From the NCBI GenBank assembly GCA_963665665.1, contig OY762428.1, forward strand, positions 4,544,001 to 4,608,000: 64,000 nucleotides of DNA, read 5' to 3'. Source of the stretch: Candidatus Kapaibacterium sp. (GTDB lineage: Bacteria; Bacteroidota; Ignavibacteria; Kapaibacteriales; UBA2268). Position numbers and translations under genes: made by a program. Each line of letters begins with the position of its first letter. The first letter of the stretch is position 1. The notes under the pieces are model-generated. The model did no database searches, was not told the origin of the DNA, and worked only from the letters and a program-made list of their open reading frames with translations. Shown here one piece after another: positions 10,273 to 20,583 of the stretch.

Positions 10273-13032
10273 ATGAATAAAGCTTACATTAGTATTGCAA
10301 TATTATTCTTATTTACTTCATTTTATTTAGCATCTTCTCAGGATCCGGCTGTTGTAGGGATTCTGCCGACCCAGGTTAACAAGCCTGATAATTATAAGAT
10401 AAAACTAATATTGAATAATTACGGAGATGAGACAGTATCGGTTCCGGGGTTAGTACCAATTGGATTTGAATGGTCTGTTTTCGATGGTAATAATCTGTCA
10501 TTTGATTATGATCATCATGTTACATACCACGAAGCAATAGAGTTTAAATCTAACGGTACAACCGAAGTTACTATTGGGGAGCATTTTCTTGATACGGGTA
10601 AAACCTATACAATTCTTGCAAGATTAGAGTTTGAAGATAATTCAAATAAAGGAAATGACTGGTTTGTTCAGTATGTGAATGGAAAACCAACTGATGCCGG
10701 AGTTTATATCATTGACTCGCCCTCACCGGCATCATCCAATCCTGGCGGAGAACCGATATATGTTACGGTTAAGAACTATGGTTTTAACAAAATTGATAAT
10801 ATGTATATTCGTTGGCTTAATCAAGATGCTTCACAATCAGCACTGTTTTCTCCTGCCGATACTTTCAGGCATGACACAGTGGCTAAATTTGGCTATTGGA
10901 GTTATAACTATTTTCGCTTTGATACACCGATTAACCCCGGAGAAATCAGGCAGATAAAAGTGTCAGACAATTGTTCGCATCTTTCCGATGTTTTGCTCTG
11001 TGCCAATTATCATCCTAATGGTATCCCGGATAATCAGGCCGACGACACATGCCGTGCTTATTTTGGGCCTGTAAATAACGGGAAAATGGAATTACTTGGC
11101 AAATATTCTGTTGGAAACGACAGCAATATTGTTTCCCAATTTGAAACTCCTATTGATGTTATTAATCATCTGAAAAAATCCGGTTTTTCCGGGGAGGATG
11201 TTTATGGAGTATCCGGAGCTACTTTTTATATCAGGCCCGGCAAATATCCCGGATCATGGGATTTTGATGGTATGTTTAATAATCAGGATAGCAAAAATAC
11301 TCTAAGTTTCACTTCATTCGACAGAGATCTGAAGAATTACTTTATTTATGCTGATAAAGATTATGGTATCCGTATAAAAGATATGAAGTATTTGTCTGTG
11401 GCCGGTATGAACTTTTACTGTGATACTGCTAAAAATGCTGTTGTATTGAATAATGTAAAATTTATTGAACTTGTAAGAAACAACTTTTTTGCTAATAATC
11501 AGAGCCTGACAGGCGAAGAATATGCTGCTATACTTAACACTGGAAGGGTTGATTCTACGAATATTCTGAACTGCAATATACTAAACGGTTCATACGGTGT
11601 ATTGTACAAGGGCAATAAGGATAAGACATTTGATTTTATCAGTATATCACACTGTTATTTCATGAGACAGAGCAATGCAGCCATATCTTTGGAATATTGC
11701 AACAGCCCGTTATTAACCCACAACATGATACCTGACAACAGGATTGAGGTTTTGAACTGTCCCGCTCCGGCAATTTTGAAAAACAACTTGAAAATAAATG
11801 ATAATATTGATTTCAAAGGAAAAGCTTATCCTGACGGAGGCCCTTATTCAGCTATTGGATTATTCAACTGCGAAGGAATAGGTTCAATAATTAATAATTA
11901 TATTTGTACTAACGTTGGCAATTTTGACGGTATGCATATTATTGCCTGTATTAATGATAAAGGCAATGAATACAACAATAATACAATCATTAATAAATGT
12001 AATATTTCCTCTGATAATATTGCTGTCAGAATAGAAGGATCGAAGAATATTCAATTCAATAAAACTTCATTACGTTCAAAATCAGCTGATTCTGACAAAC
12101 CTGCATTGTTTGTTGATGCAAATTCATCTTCAATAAAGTTCACCCGTTCTTTGTTTGCCAATACCAACGGTGGCCTGGCATTAGATTTCAAAAATAAAAG
12201 CTCCCTGGAAATTGATGTCAGGAATAATTACTATTCAACAGGAAGCTTCGCTAATATTTCCGGTAAATTTATAAGTGAACAGTCAGGATGGGAATCGGAA
12301 TACAGCTTTTCAGTCCGTCCGGAATTTGACGACCCTCAGCTTAGCGATGACTGCACGTTAATTCCCGGGAACACAGATATCAAAAATGGAGCATATCATG
12401 AAATATCAGTTGTTAATGCTCCAAACGGAACCAATCCGGCGCACCAGTCTGTTGATAATTCCAGCAACACTTTCCTTGAATGGGAATCAGATGAAGAGTA
12501 TGAATTCTGGATACAAATGAGTGAAAGCCCGGAATTTCCTCCGGTTAGAAAACCGGGAGATATATCGCTCAGCCAATATAATATTGTGATTGAAAAATGG
12601 GGAGTAAGCGGGAATAGTGTGCAGGTAAGCAACCTTGAAAACAAAAAATACTACTGGCGCGTCCGCGTTTGGGATTCGCTCAATATCAGTGACTGGTCAG
12701 ATGTTTATGAATTTAGCGTAAACGATCCTACAGATATTCCGGAACTGACAGTCCGTCCCAAAGGTATAATAAACCTTATTCCTCATCCCGCCGGATTGAA
12801 TTCATATCTGAGCCTAAATCTTGACAAAAGTTATAGCGCTATTGAAATATCATTGTTTTCGAATAACGGGGAAATTATCAATTCCGCAGTTATAAATAAT
12901 TCGGGGGGGAGTAATATTCAAGTTCCACTGAAAAATATTTTACCGATTAATTCTCCTTCCGGAACATATCATGTAACAATACGCTGCGGTAATTCGTTAT
13001 ACAGGGGAAGTTTTGTTTATTTGAAAGATTAA
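10273..13032 (+). CDS. Secreted protein with parallel beta-helix region, FN3-like domain and T9SS C-terminal sorting domain
   Basis: Signal peptide; Asn/Ile-rich beta-helix-type repeats; YYWRVR FN3 strand; CTD-like IPHP...PSGTYHVTI...GSFVYLK. Confidence 0.7.
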   Translation: MNKAYISIAILFLFTSFYLASSQDPAVVGILPTQVNKPDNYKIKLILNNYGDETVSVPGLVPIGFEWSVFDGNNLSFDYDHHVTYHEAIEFKSNGTTEVTIGEHFLDTGKTYTILARLEFEDNSNKGNDWFVQYVNGKPTDAGVYIIDSPSPASSNPGGEPIYVTVKNYGFNKIDNMYIRWLNQDASQSALFSPADTFRHDTVAKFGYWSYNYFRFDTPINPGEIRQIKVSDNCSHLSDVLLCANYHPNGIPDNQADDTCRAYFGPVNNGKMELLGKYSVGNDSNIVSQFETPIDVINHLKKSGFSGEDVYGVSGATFYIRPGKYPGSWDFDGMFNNQDSKNTLSFTSFDRDLKNYFIYADKDYGIRIKDMKYLSVAGMNFYCDTAKNAVVLNNVKFIELVRNNFFANNQSLTGEEYAAILNTGRVDSTNILNCNILNGSYGVLYKGNKDKTFDFISISHCYFMRQSNAAISLEYCNSPLLTHNMIPDNRIEVLNCPAPAILKNNLKINDNIDFKGKAYPDGGPYSAIGLFNCEGIGSIINNYICTNVGNFDGMHIIACINDKGNEYNNNTIINKCNISSDNIAVRIEGSKNIQFNKTSLRSKSADSDKPALFVDANSSSIKFTRSLFANTNGGLALDFKNKSSLEIDVRNNYYSTGSFANISGKFISEQSGWESEYSFSVRPEFDDPQLSDDCTLIPGNTDIKNGAYHEISVVNAPNGTNPAHQSVDNSSNTFLEWESDEEYEFWIQMSESPEFPPVRKPGDISLSQYNIVIEKWGVSGNSVQVSNLENKKYYWRVRVWDSLNISDWSDVYEFSVNDPTDIPELTVRPKGIINLIPHPAGLNSYLSLNLDKSYSAIEISLFSNNGEIINSAVINNSGGSNIQVPLKNILPINSPSGTYHVTIRCGNSLYRGSFVYLKD

Positions 13033-13035
13033 AAT

Positions 13036-13515
13036 ATGCCTGATTGGATATTATTTGTTGCGGGAGCAGTTCTGATAATCAGCGGTATTATCGGCTGCTT
13101 CCTTCCCGGGCTGCCCGGGCCACCGCTTGCCTATCTCGGTGTTATAGCATTCCATTTCAGTATTCTGGAACCATTTTCTGTTACAACGCTGATTATTTAT
13201 GGCATACTAATAGCCGGAATTACCCTGCTTGATTACTTCGTCCCTTCGCTCGGAGCAAAATTCTCAGGAGGTACAAAATACGGCAGTCGCGGCGCAATGC
13301 TCGGGATTATTGGAACACTGTTCATACCCGGCGTTGGAATTTTTCTCGGGCCTTTTCTTGGGGCTGTTCTCGGTGAATTAATAGGCGGTATGAAATTTAA
13401 GGAAGCCCTGAAATCCGGATTAGGCGCTTTCCTGGGACTATTGGGCGGAAGTATAATCAAATTCCTTTTCTGTATATACATGACTATACACATGATAATA
13501 AGTATGCTGGCTTAA
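13036..13515 (+). CDS. DUF456-family membrane protein
   Basis: GIIGCFLPGLPGPPLA, LDY...GAKFSGGTKYG and GPFLGAVLGEL motifs. Confidence 0.85.
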   Translation: MPDWILFVAGAVLIISGIIGCFLPGLPGPPLAYLGVIAFHFSILEPFSVTTLIIYGILIAGITLLDYFVPSLGAKFSGGTKYGSRGAMLGIIGTLFIPGVGIFLGPFLGAVLGELIGGMKFKEALKSGLGAFLGLLGGSIIKFLFCIYMTIHMIISMLA

Positions 13516-13641
13516 GTGTATCTAATTAATTTGATGATTTCATCTTCAAAAATATTATCAATTAATGATACTCCCCAAAAAACAACTTTCGTAAATAATT
13601 GTTTAATTTTATAAGATATAATTCTTTAAAATATTTTATCA

Positions 13642-14619
13642 CTACCCGAACAAACTTTGTTGCATCCCGGGGCTATTCTTATCAGACAATTTTTCGGATT
13701 CTTTGTTCTCATCCTCGCCTGTTGATCTCGGCAATTCAACAATGTACCCGAGCAAATCAACAGCTGCGGCTCCTTTTTCAATAAGAAGACTATTTGCGTT
13801 ATTTTCGCCGGGTTTGGGATTGCGAACATATATAATACGGCCTTTTCGCAGCCCGTCAATAACGCCAGACCAGGTTCCGCCTTTGTCAGAAGATTCTGCC
13901 ACAAATATTTCATCTGCCAAACCGTAAATAATAGGGTTTCTTGCCATGGCAAGCTGTACGCTCCATGGAGCATTCGGGAAAAAAGTACTCAGAACAAGAA
14001 CGTCTCCATTAATAATTTGTTTGTAATATTTCTTAAAACCGCTTGAAAATGTTGCAATCCCTTGCGGCAGCACTATTATGCTTTGCCCGGAATATGACAA
14101 AGCCGAATCCAAAGCCTGCCTGTCAACTCCTTTAGCAAATCCACTTACAACTACCTTAAAATTCCCGGAGGCCCCCTTTGCAATATTGTCAGTAAAATCA
14201 AGTGCAATTTGTGTAGCTTTCCTCGAACCGACAATAGCGATGGATTTTTCCTTTAATAATTTGCTATTTCCTTTAATATACACAACAGCAGGAGAGTATT
14301 TCATTTTTAAATTCTTCTTTATATTAGCAGGGTATAAAGTGCTGGTAATAGGAATTATTTCATATCCCTGGTTTAACAGGTTTTCCACAACAAATGAATA
14401 ATTTGGAATTTCTTTTTGAGCTTCAGATAACATATAAGTTTCTTCACTTGTAACTTCCAGTTTCCTCAATTCTTCGCTGCCCGGATAGTTAAAAACCAGG
14501 CTGATATCAAAATTATGTTCTACAAGTTTTGCAATTATCTGGTTCTTTCTGCAATTTCTTATTCCGGAAACATGAGCAAAAGCAGCCCAGTAAACAAGTT
14601 CATTCATTGATTTCATCAT
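13642..14619 (-). CDS. DprA/Smf-domain protein (RqlI-like)
   Basis: IAIVGSRKA, VVSGFAKGVD, AMARNPIIYGLA, SDKGGTWSG motifs; start overlaps the helicase stop. Confidence 0.9.
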   Translation of the reverse strand: MMKSMNELVYWAAFAHVSGIRNCRKNQIIAKLVEHNFDISLVFNYPGSEELRKLEVTSEETYMLSEAQKEIPNYSFVVENLLNQGYEIIPITSTLYPANIKKNLKMKYSPAVVYIKGNSKLLKEKSIAIVGSRKATQIALDFTDNIAKGASGNFKVVVSGFAKGVDRQALDSALSYSGQSIIVLPQGIATFSSGFKKYYKQIINGDVLVLSTFFPNAPWSVQLAMARNPIIYGLADEIFVAESSDKGGTWSGVIDGLRKGRIIYVRNPKPGENNANSLLIEKGAAAVDLLGYIVELPRSTGEDENKESEKLSDKNSPGMQQSLFG

Positions 14620-16661
14620 AAAATATCACCGCCGGATGTTTTAGCAATACAAACCGGAGCTACATTTTTTGCCCCGCAGCTATAAAGCAATTTAACAATT
14701 TCTTTAATGGTAGCGCCACTATCATAAATATCGTCGATTAAAATTATATTTCTACTTTGAACAGCTAACTCATTAGAAAGATAAAAGGCTCCGTTTACAT
14801 TTTCTTTCTTTAAGGCGCTGTTTCTGAATTCCCTTTGCGTTTTCGAATTCTTTATTTTCTTCAGTTCATGCGATAATTGAATATTAAAATGCTTTGCAAT
14901 TTTCCGGGCAAAATTTTGAACCAAATTTCCTGATATTGTTGATGGTACATATAATATTATATCGGGTTTCAATTCCTGATATTTATACTCTATCATAGCA
15001 ATAACCTTATTGAGCAGGAAATCAGGAAAATCCCCGCCGTTTTCATATTTACATCTATGTATTGCTTCGCCAACACGCGACACACCATAATACGATGCTG
15101 CATAGCCAATAATATCTTCTTTATTGATCTTTCCGCATGGCAGTTCGGGATAATCCTGTTCCCGGAATGTTTTCAGCTTTTCCAGTAATTCCGGATTTTC
15201 TTCAACCTTTCTGACTCCGTGTCGGGAATTATCGCAGTTTTTGAAAATATAATTTTCATCTATACTATCCCCGAGGTATTCGCATAGAAACTTGAATCTC
15301 GGCTGCGTGGTATTTACATAGTCAAGCATTGAATCAAGTTCTTTCAGCTTAGTATTTCTTAATTGCCCAAATTCCTTTGTGTTCAGTTCAGGAGCGTTAT
15401 ACCTGTATTCATACTTCTTCTTCCGGTCGATTATCACCATATTAATAATCTTCTGGTTTACCAGGTCGGCTTTAATTGTTCTTACTTCCCCGGCTTTCAG
15501 GTTGCAAATTTTTATAATATCCCTTTCACCGAGAATATCGTTTTTTATCACTTTAAGAACTCTATTATATTTATCAATTGATGGCCGGGCGTTATCAATA
15601 AAGGATTTTGGCAGTTTATAATCCTCTTCAGTCCCGTTACTGTCCTTTGAACAATTATAAAACAGAATAATAAAAGCCTGTTTGCCGTCACGGCCAGCCC
15701 TTCCAATTTCCTGGTAATAATGGACTGGCGAAGCCGGAATCTGTGTGTGGATAATAAACCTGATGTCCGGCTTGTCAATTCCCATACCGAGAGCATTTGT
15801 AGCCACAACAGTTTTCCACCTGTTTTTCATAAATCCGGTTTCAACCTCTATCCTGTTTTCCGCATCAAGTCCGGCGCTGTATTCCTTGGCGCTTATTCCG
15901 CAATAGTTCAGCCATTTGCTGTATAGCTTGGTATTTTGTCTTGTTCCCGTATAAATTATTCCAGTACCCGGCATATTTTTCAGATTTTCGGCAAGCCAGA
16001 TATATTTTTCTTCCTCGGAACTGGTTTTAATAACGAACAGATGCAGGTTGTCTCTTAGAAGATTGCCGCGGATTGTAAGCAAATTTCCCCGAATCTGTTT
16101 TTCAATATCCTTCTGGACTCTTCGTGTGGCTGTAGCAGTAATGGCAAGAACAGGCATATTCTCGGGCTGTAAATTAACGATATCCACTATTCTTTGGAAA
16201 GCCGGACGAAAATCATGCCCCCATACCGAAATAGTATGCGCCTCGTCCACAACTATCATAGATATCAATATTCTCCGGCTTGCTTCCATCCATTCCATAT
16301 TTTCCTGGCGTTCCGGGGCAATGTACAATATTTTCAGCCTGCCTTCGATAGCATCGCTCAGAACCTGCTTGTTTTCCTCGACAGTTTGTTCCGAATTAAT
16401 TATCCCGGCAGCAATTCCCAATCTGTCCAGAGACTTTATCTGGTCGCGCATTAAAGCAATTAACGGAGAAAAAACTATGGTTACCCCGGGCAATTGTGTT
16501 GCCGGAAACTGGAAACACAATGATTTGCCAAACCCGGTTTTTTCGATAAGCAACACTCTTCTTCCATTGAAAAGCTGTTCAATAGTTTTCCACTGGTTGT
16601 CGTAAAAGGAATCAAACCCAAAAACAGACTTTAATTTCATTTCTGCATCGTGTCTCTTCAT
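14616..16661 (-). CDS. RecQ-family helicase with C-terminal phosphoribosyltransferase domain (RqlH-like)
   Basis: TGFGKS, DEAH, WGHDFRP, TATA, GMGIDKPD and QEIGRAGRDG motifs; C-terminal ILIDDIYDSGATI PRPP motif; start likely ATG 16661 (the longer ORF call overlaps the next gene). Confidence 0.9.
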   Translation of the reverse strand: MKRHDAEMKLKSVFGFDSFYDNQWKTIEQLFNGRRVLLIEKTGFGKSLCFQFPATQLPGVTIVFSPLIALMRDQIKSLDRLGIAAGIINSEQTVEENKQVLSDAIEGRLKILYIAPERQENMEWMEASRRILISMIVVDEAHTISVWGHDFRPAFQRIVDIVNLQPENMPVLAITATATRRVQKDIEKQIRGNLLTIRGNLLRDNLHLFVIKTSSEEEKYIWLAENLKNMPGTGIIYTGTRQNTKLYSKWLNYCGISAKEYSAGLDAENRIEVETGFMKNRWKTVVATNALGMGIDKPDIRFIIHTQIPASPVHYYQEIGRAGRDGKQAFIILFYNCSKDSNGTEEDYKLPKSFIDNARPSIDKYNRVLKVIKNDILGERDIIKICNLKAGEVRTIKADLVNQKIINMVIIDRKKKYEYRYNAPELNTKEFGQLRNTKLKELDSMLDYVNTTQPRFKFLCEYLGDSIDENYIFKNCDNSRHGVRKVEENPELLEKLKTFREQDYPELPCGKINKEDIIGYAASYYGVSRVGEAIHRCKYENGGDFPDFLLNKVIAMIEYKYQELKPDIILYVPSTISGNLVQNFARKIAKHFNIQLSHELKKIKNSKTQREFRNSALKKENVNGAFYLSNELAVQSRNIILIDDIYDSGATIKEIVKLLYSCGAKNVAPVCIAKTSGGDIL

Positions 16662-16692
16662 AACGCACCTTAATGAATAATAAAATAAATCA

Positions 16693-17196
16693 TTACCTGA
16701 AAACAGTGAACAGCGAACTGGAAGAAGCCATAACTGCACACATAATAACAACGGCGGTAATAATCTGCATATAATTGTGAATATATAAGCCGCAAATAGG
16801 AAGTAGTTCGTTATCGGAATTAACTTCAAAAATTCCTTTTGTCGACCCGCCCCATGAGCTCACTTCAACACCCTTATCGCCGGTGATTTCCCACTTCGTA
16901 TTAAATATGTTCCCGTATTTCCAGTTGTAAATTTTACCCTTGCATTCTATAGTGGCTTTATTTCCCCAGGCTCCGTACTTTATTCTACCAATGAGTTTCA
17001 TGGATTTCATATCCATTATTTCTGTTTCCTGCCTGATAAAACCTTTTGTTGAAAAACGGTAGTTGTGATTGTTCCAGGAAGCTTCTGCCGTACTTGAGAA
17101 TGCTTTGTTAGTCAGTTTGCCCGCAATCCCCATTTGTCCGTAAATTTCATACGTGCTGCTGAAAAATCCTTTTCTCCAGTTGTAATTCGAGATCAT
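16693..17196 (-). CDS. Hypothetical protein (tubby/LURP-one-like beta fold possible)
   Basis: 167-aa ORF with repeated W-K-G-F-F-x-x-x-Y-E-I-type beta units and a hydrophobic C-terminal helix. Confidence 0.55.
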   Translation of the reverse strand: MISNYNWRKGFFSSTYEIYGQMGIAGKLTNKAFSSTAEASWNNHNYRFSTKGFIRQETEIMDMKSMKLIGRIKYGAWGNKATIECKGKIYNWKYGNIFNTKWEITGDKGVEVSSWGGSTKGIFEVNSDNELLPICGLYIHNYMQIITAVVIMCAVMASSSSLFTVFR

Positions 17197-17553
17197 AACC
17201 CTGCCCTATTTGTTTATGATTTATAAAATTAACATTTATAAATGAAAATTCAAATGATAAATATCAGGAAATCAAATCTGTGCTTCAGGCATTGAATATC
17301 AGAATAGATACAATTCTACGTTCAGAATAACTGCTTTTTTAAGCTATTTATCAACCACAGAAAATAAATTGAGAAATCCTTACCACAATTTACGTAGGTT
17401 TACTAAGATTCTGATGAGCAGTTTAATACAGGCCGGGAATGATATTTTTTCATTTTATATCCCACATATTATCCGTTATAAAATCATTTGTATATAAACC
17501 TGTATCATCTTAATTTTGAATTAGTTTTGTAAACAATAAAGCAATGGTGAGAT

Positions 17554-18099
17554 ATGAAATTAGAGCATGGATATAATGGCAGTATAATTACTTTTAAGGG
17601 AATAACACCAAAAATACATTCGTCGGCATTTATTTGCGAAGGAGCCAGAATTATCGGTGATGTGGAAATTGGGGAGGATTGTTCTGTCTGGTACAACACT
17701 GTTATCAGAGGAGATGTACATTATATCAGGATAGGTGACAGGACAAATATCCAGGATATGTCAATGCTGCATGTAACTAACGGGAAATTCCCGCTAAATA
17801 TTGGTAACGACGTTCTTATCGGCCATTCTGTTTCCCTTCACGGCTGTACGCTTAAGGACAAATGTATGATTGGAATCGGCGCGATTATTCTTGACGGCGC
17901 TGTGGTAAATTCCCATTCTCTTGTTGCAGCAGGGGCTCTTGTTCGCGAGGGATTCGAAGTACCTGAAGGTGTGCTTGTGGCAGGAGTGCCGGCTAAAGTG
18001 ATAAGAAAATTGACTGACGCCGAGAAAGATAAAATCGATTATATGGTGAACCACTACGTGGAATATGTACGGGATTACAGGGATGCATTTGCAAAATAG
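17554..18099 (+). CDS. Gamma carbonic anhydrase family protein (YrdA/PaaY-like)
   Basis: Hexapeptide repeats; IRGDVHYIRIGDRTNIQD, LH and GHSVSLHGC zinc-site motifs. Confidence 0.92.
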   Translation: MKLEHGYNGSIITFKGITPKIHSSAFICEGARIIGDVEIGEDCSVWYNTVIRGDVHYIRIGDRTNIQDMSMLHVTNGKFPLNIGNDVLIGHSVSLHGCTLKDKCMIGIGAIILDGAVVNSHSLVAAGALVREGFEVPEGVLVAGVPAKVIRKLTDAEKDKIDYMVNHYVEYVRDYRDAFAK

Positions 18100-18138
18100 A
18101 TTGGTGCAAGGTCGGGAAAGAAAAACTATATGAATTTT

Positions 18139-18189
18139 ATGTGGCACACTTTACTTTTACAATATTTAAAATGTATAAGTGTGCCACAT
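18139..18189. other. Stem-loop between convergent genes
   Basis: ATGTGGCACACTT ... AAGTGTGCCACAT 13-bp inverted repeat. Confidence 0.6.
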
Positions 18190-18252
18190 TTGAAATGTAG
18201 ATATATTCTTCCCAAAGACATTACAGAATTTGTTTTTGCCATGAGAAAATTA

Positions 18253-19038
18253 TCACTTTAAATATTTCTTATCATGACTAATTATTCTGATGAAAATATT
18301 ATTCTGCTTGTAGAATTCATGGGTAATTCCGCGATATAATGTTAAAATAAGATTATCGCCCTTTGGTATTTTATTATAAATATTAGTCGGAATACGATAA
18401 TAACCGCTGTCATTGATTTCAGTTTCCCAACTAACCGGGAATCCGGGAATATCACTCTCGCTTAAAGATGATGTTAATCTTACTAATGTTTTGATTTGAT
18501 AACCATCTGCCGGTTCCCAAAATATTTCAATTCCTTCATTCTCCGGATTTTGCCAATTTACTGAATCGATAATAACTGCCTTTGGGATATAGAAGCTGCT
18601 GTCCAGGGCCGGCCTGTTACTATAATATTTTTCGATATAAAACCTTGTGTTTTCACCGATCATCCTTGAACTGTCAGGAAAAGTTTCTTCAGGATAATGC
18701 AATTGAAAAAATATTTCATAATATTGATATGTGTTAAGCTTGCTGGGAAACAAATTTCCAACAAAAACATCACCCATATCAACCATTTGATTGTTGTCAT
18801 AACTTCTGTAACCACTGCATGATATTGCTATTGTATATAAAGAAATTCCTTCAAGTTCGGTTTCATAATTATAGTTGAAATAAACTTCAATTTCCGGATC
18901 AATTTCACCTGGCCCATACAGGGTATTGAATATTTCTCCAGTATATTCAGGATCAGATAAATAAACCGGGAGATCATCAACATCACAGGATGTAACAAGG
19001 AATAGTAAAAAAGCCGGAACATACATTAAATATTTCAT
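18253..19038 (-). CDS. Hypothetical lipoprotein
   Basis: Lipobox LVTSC followed by acidic residues; ATGA overlap with the upstream gene. Confidence 0.7.
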   Translation of the reverse strand: MKYLMYVPAFLLFLVTSCDVDDLPVYLSDPEYTGEIFNTLYGPGEIDPEIEVYFNYNYETELEGISLYTIAISCSGYRSYDNNQMVDMGDVFVGNLFPSKLNTYQYYEIFFQLHYPEETFPDSSRMIGENTRFYIEKYYSNRPALDSSFYIPKAVIIDSVNWQNPENEGIEIFWEPADGYQIKTLVRLTSSLSESDIPGFPVSWETEINDSGYYRIPTNIYNKIPKGDNLILTLYRGITHEFYKQNNIFIRIISHDKKYLK

Positions 19039-20396
19039 AGCATACTCCTGTCGATATCAAATTTGAATTTTAAAAGCATTGCAGGTATATCGTAAAGATA
19101 GAAAGCCGGGTAGTGAATGTTCATGTTCATAGTTTTATTTGTACGGCTTATCGAAATATAGTTCCCGGGGATTGGTTCCCAGGCGAGTCCGGCATTGTAG
19201 AATGGAAACTCAGTACTTTCAAGGTTGCTGGCTTGTATATAATTATAATCAAGTTCGTAAAAGAGTTTTATTTTTTTATAGATGAAATAATCCGCGTTTA
19301 GCCTGAATGTAAGCCCATGAACATTCATATTCTGATATTCCGTATAAACAGCCCATTGGCTGAAAGGGCGATCAAAAACATAAATAGGGTATAGATTGTC
19401 GCCGATTGTCTTGCAACAACCAGTTTCTTCATTATCCCTGAATAAACTGCCGGGTGTAATATATCCAAGATTATAATAATATCCGAACCAGCGATATTCA
19501 AGCAGGCCGTAATAGTTTATACCCCAAAAGTTACCTTTGGTTTTAGCCCCTGCAAGAAATGCGGACCTGTACTTAGCATCAATATTCTCGTCGTATATCG
19601 CCCTTTGGGCGTATTGAGCATAAACTCTCGAAGAGCTGTCATACAAGCCGATGGAGAAAGTCATTCCGTTGTCATAATTTTCATTACTCAAAATAAATTT
19701 GTCTCCGGCAGCATAATTATATAGCCCTGCCCGGATATCCATTTTATAGTTTTTAAATATTTCAAATCCTTCGGCAGATAATATCCAGTCATCGGAATCA
19801 CCAATTCCGAGGCCATATCCAAAAAGAAGATCACCGTATCTCTGGAAAGCAAACCTGAATTTATCCCACTCAACAAAAAAGTAGGAACCCTGAGCATCGA
19901 AATTATAAAAGTTCAGCCCCTCATATAAGCAAACCTGGTCATAATTACCTACATTTACTCCGGCCCGGAATTCTTTTCCAAAAATTTCACATACCGTTGT
20001 GTCTAAACCAAAATTAATCCTGGGATAAAAAATCATGTTGTCCGTACTGAAAACCCCGTAGGATATACCCCGGTGTTCTGCCACAAAATGTGCGTTCACA
20101 TCGAACCCCCAGCCTTTTATTCTGCCGTTGAAATCCACATACGCTGCGCCGTGATATAGGGGGCAATCGGTATCCAAGAAATAATACTCGCTGTCAATGC
20201 CTGCGTTTTTTCTTCTGACTTCCTTTATATAAGAATTATCGTTATCACCGGGTGTATCCCCACCTCCATGATAGTAATGCCCTCCGCTTATGTTGTAATC
20301 ATAACCGAATTTACTTAGAAGTCCGGTTGAATCTGCAGAAAAAGTGATGAATATTGTTGATAAAAAAGATATTAATACTAAAATTGATGTTTTCAA
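19035..20396 (-). CDS. Hypothetical outer-membrane beta-barrel-like protein
   Basis: Signal peptide; Tyr/Gly-rich alternating strands. Confidence 0.6.
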   Translation of the reverse strand: MKTSILVLISFLSTIFITFSADSTGLLSKFGYDYNISGGHYYHGGGDTPGDNDNSYIKEVRRKNAGIDSEYYFLDTDCPLYHGAAYVDFNGRIKGWGFDVNAHFVAEHRGISYGVFSTDNMIFYPRINFGLDTTVCEIFGKEFRAGVNVGNYDQVCLYEGLNFYNFDAQGSYFFVEWDKFRFAFQRYGDLLFGYGLGIGDSDDWILSAEGFEIFKNYKMDIRAGLYNYAAGDKFILSNENYDNGMTFSIGLYDSSSRVYAQYAQRAIYDENIDAKYRSAFLAGAKTKGNFWGINYYGLLEYRWFGYYYNLGYITPGSLFRDNEETGCCKTIGDNLYPIYVFDRPFSQWAVYTEYQNMNVHGLTFRLNADYFIYKKIKLFYELDYNYIQASNLESTEFPFYNAGLAWEPIPGNYISISRTNKTMNMNIHYPAFYLYDIPAMLLKFKFDIDRSML

Positions 20397-20528
20397 TTAA
20401 TCCTCCAAAAAATCGGACAAAAATATTTAATTAACAAACATGACAATAACAGATAACTAATAAAAACATGTACAAAGTTTAACAAAATTCTTTAACAAGA
20501 TAATCTGTTTGTCATTTTTGAAAATAAT

Positions 20529-20558
20529 AAAAAAAGCCTTGTCCCGAAAGACAAGGCT
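20529..20558 (-). terminator. Intrinsic terminator
   Basis: AGCCTTGTC/GACAAGGCT stem with U-tract on the minus strand after the PPIase stop. Confidence 0.8.
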
Positions 20559-20583
20559 ATTAAAGTCATATATAAAATCTGAA

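Noticed and set aside
16662-16829. N-terminal extension of the RecQ ORF in the ORF track
   Set aside because: It overlaps the neighbouring gene; ATG 16661 has an AAGGTG RBS and begins where RecQ similarity starts.
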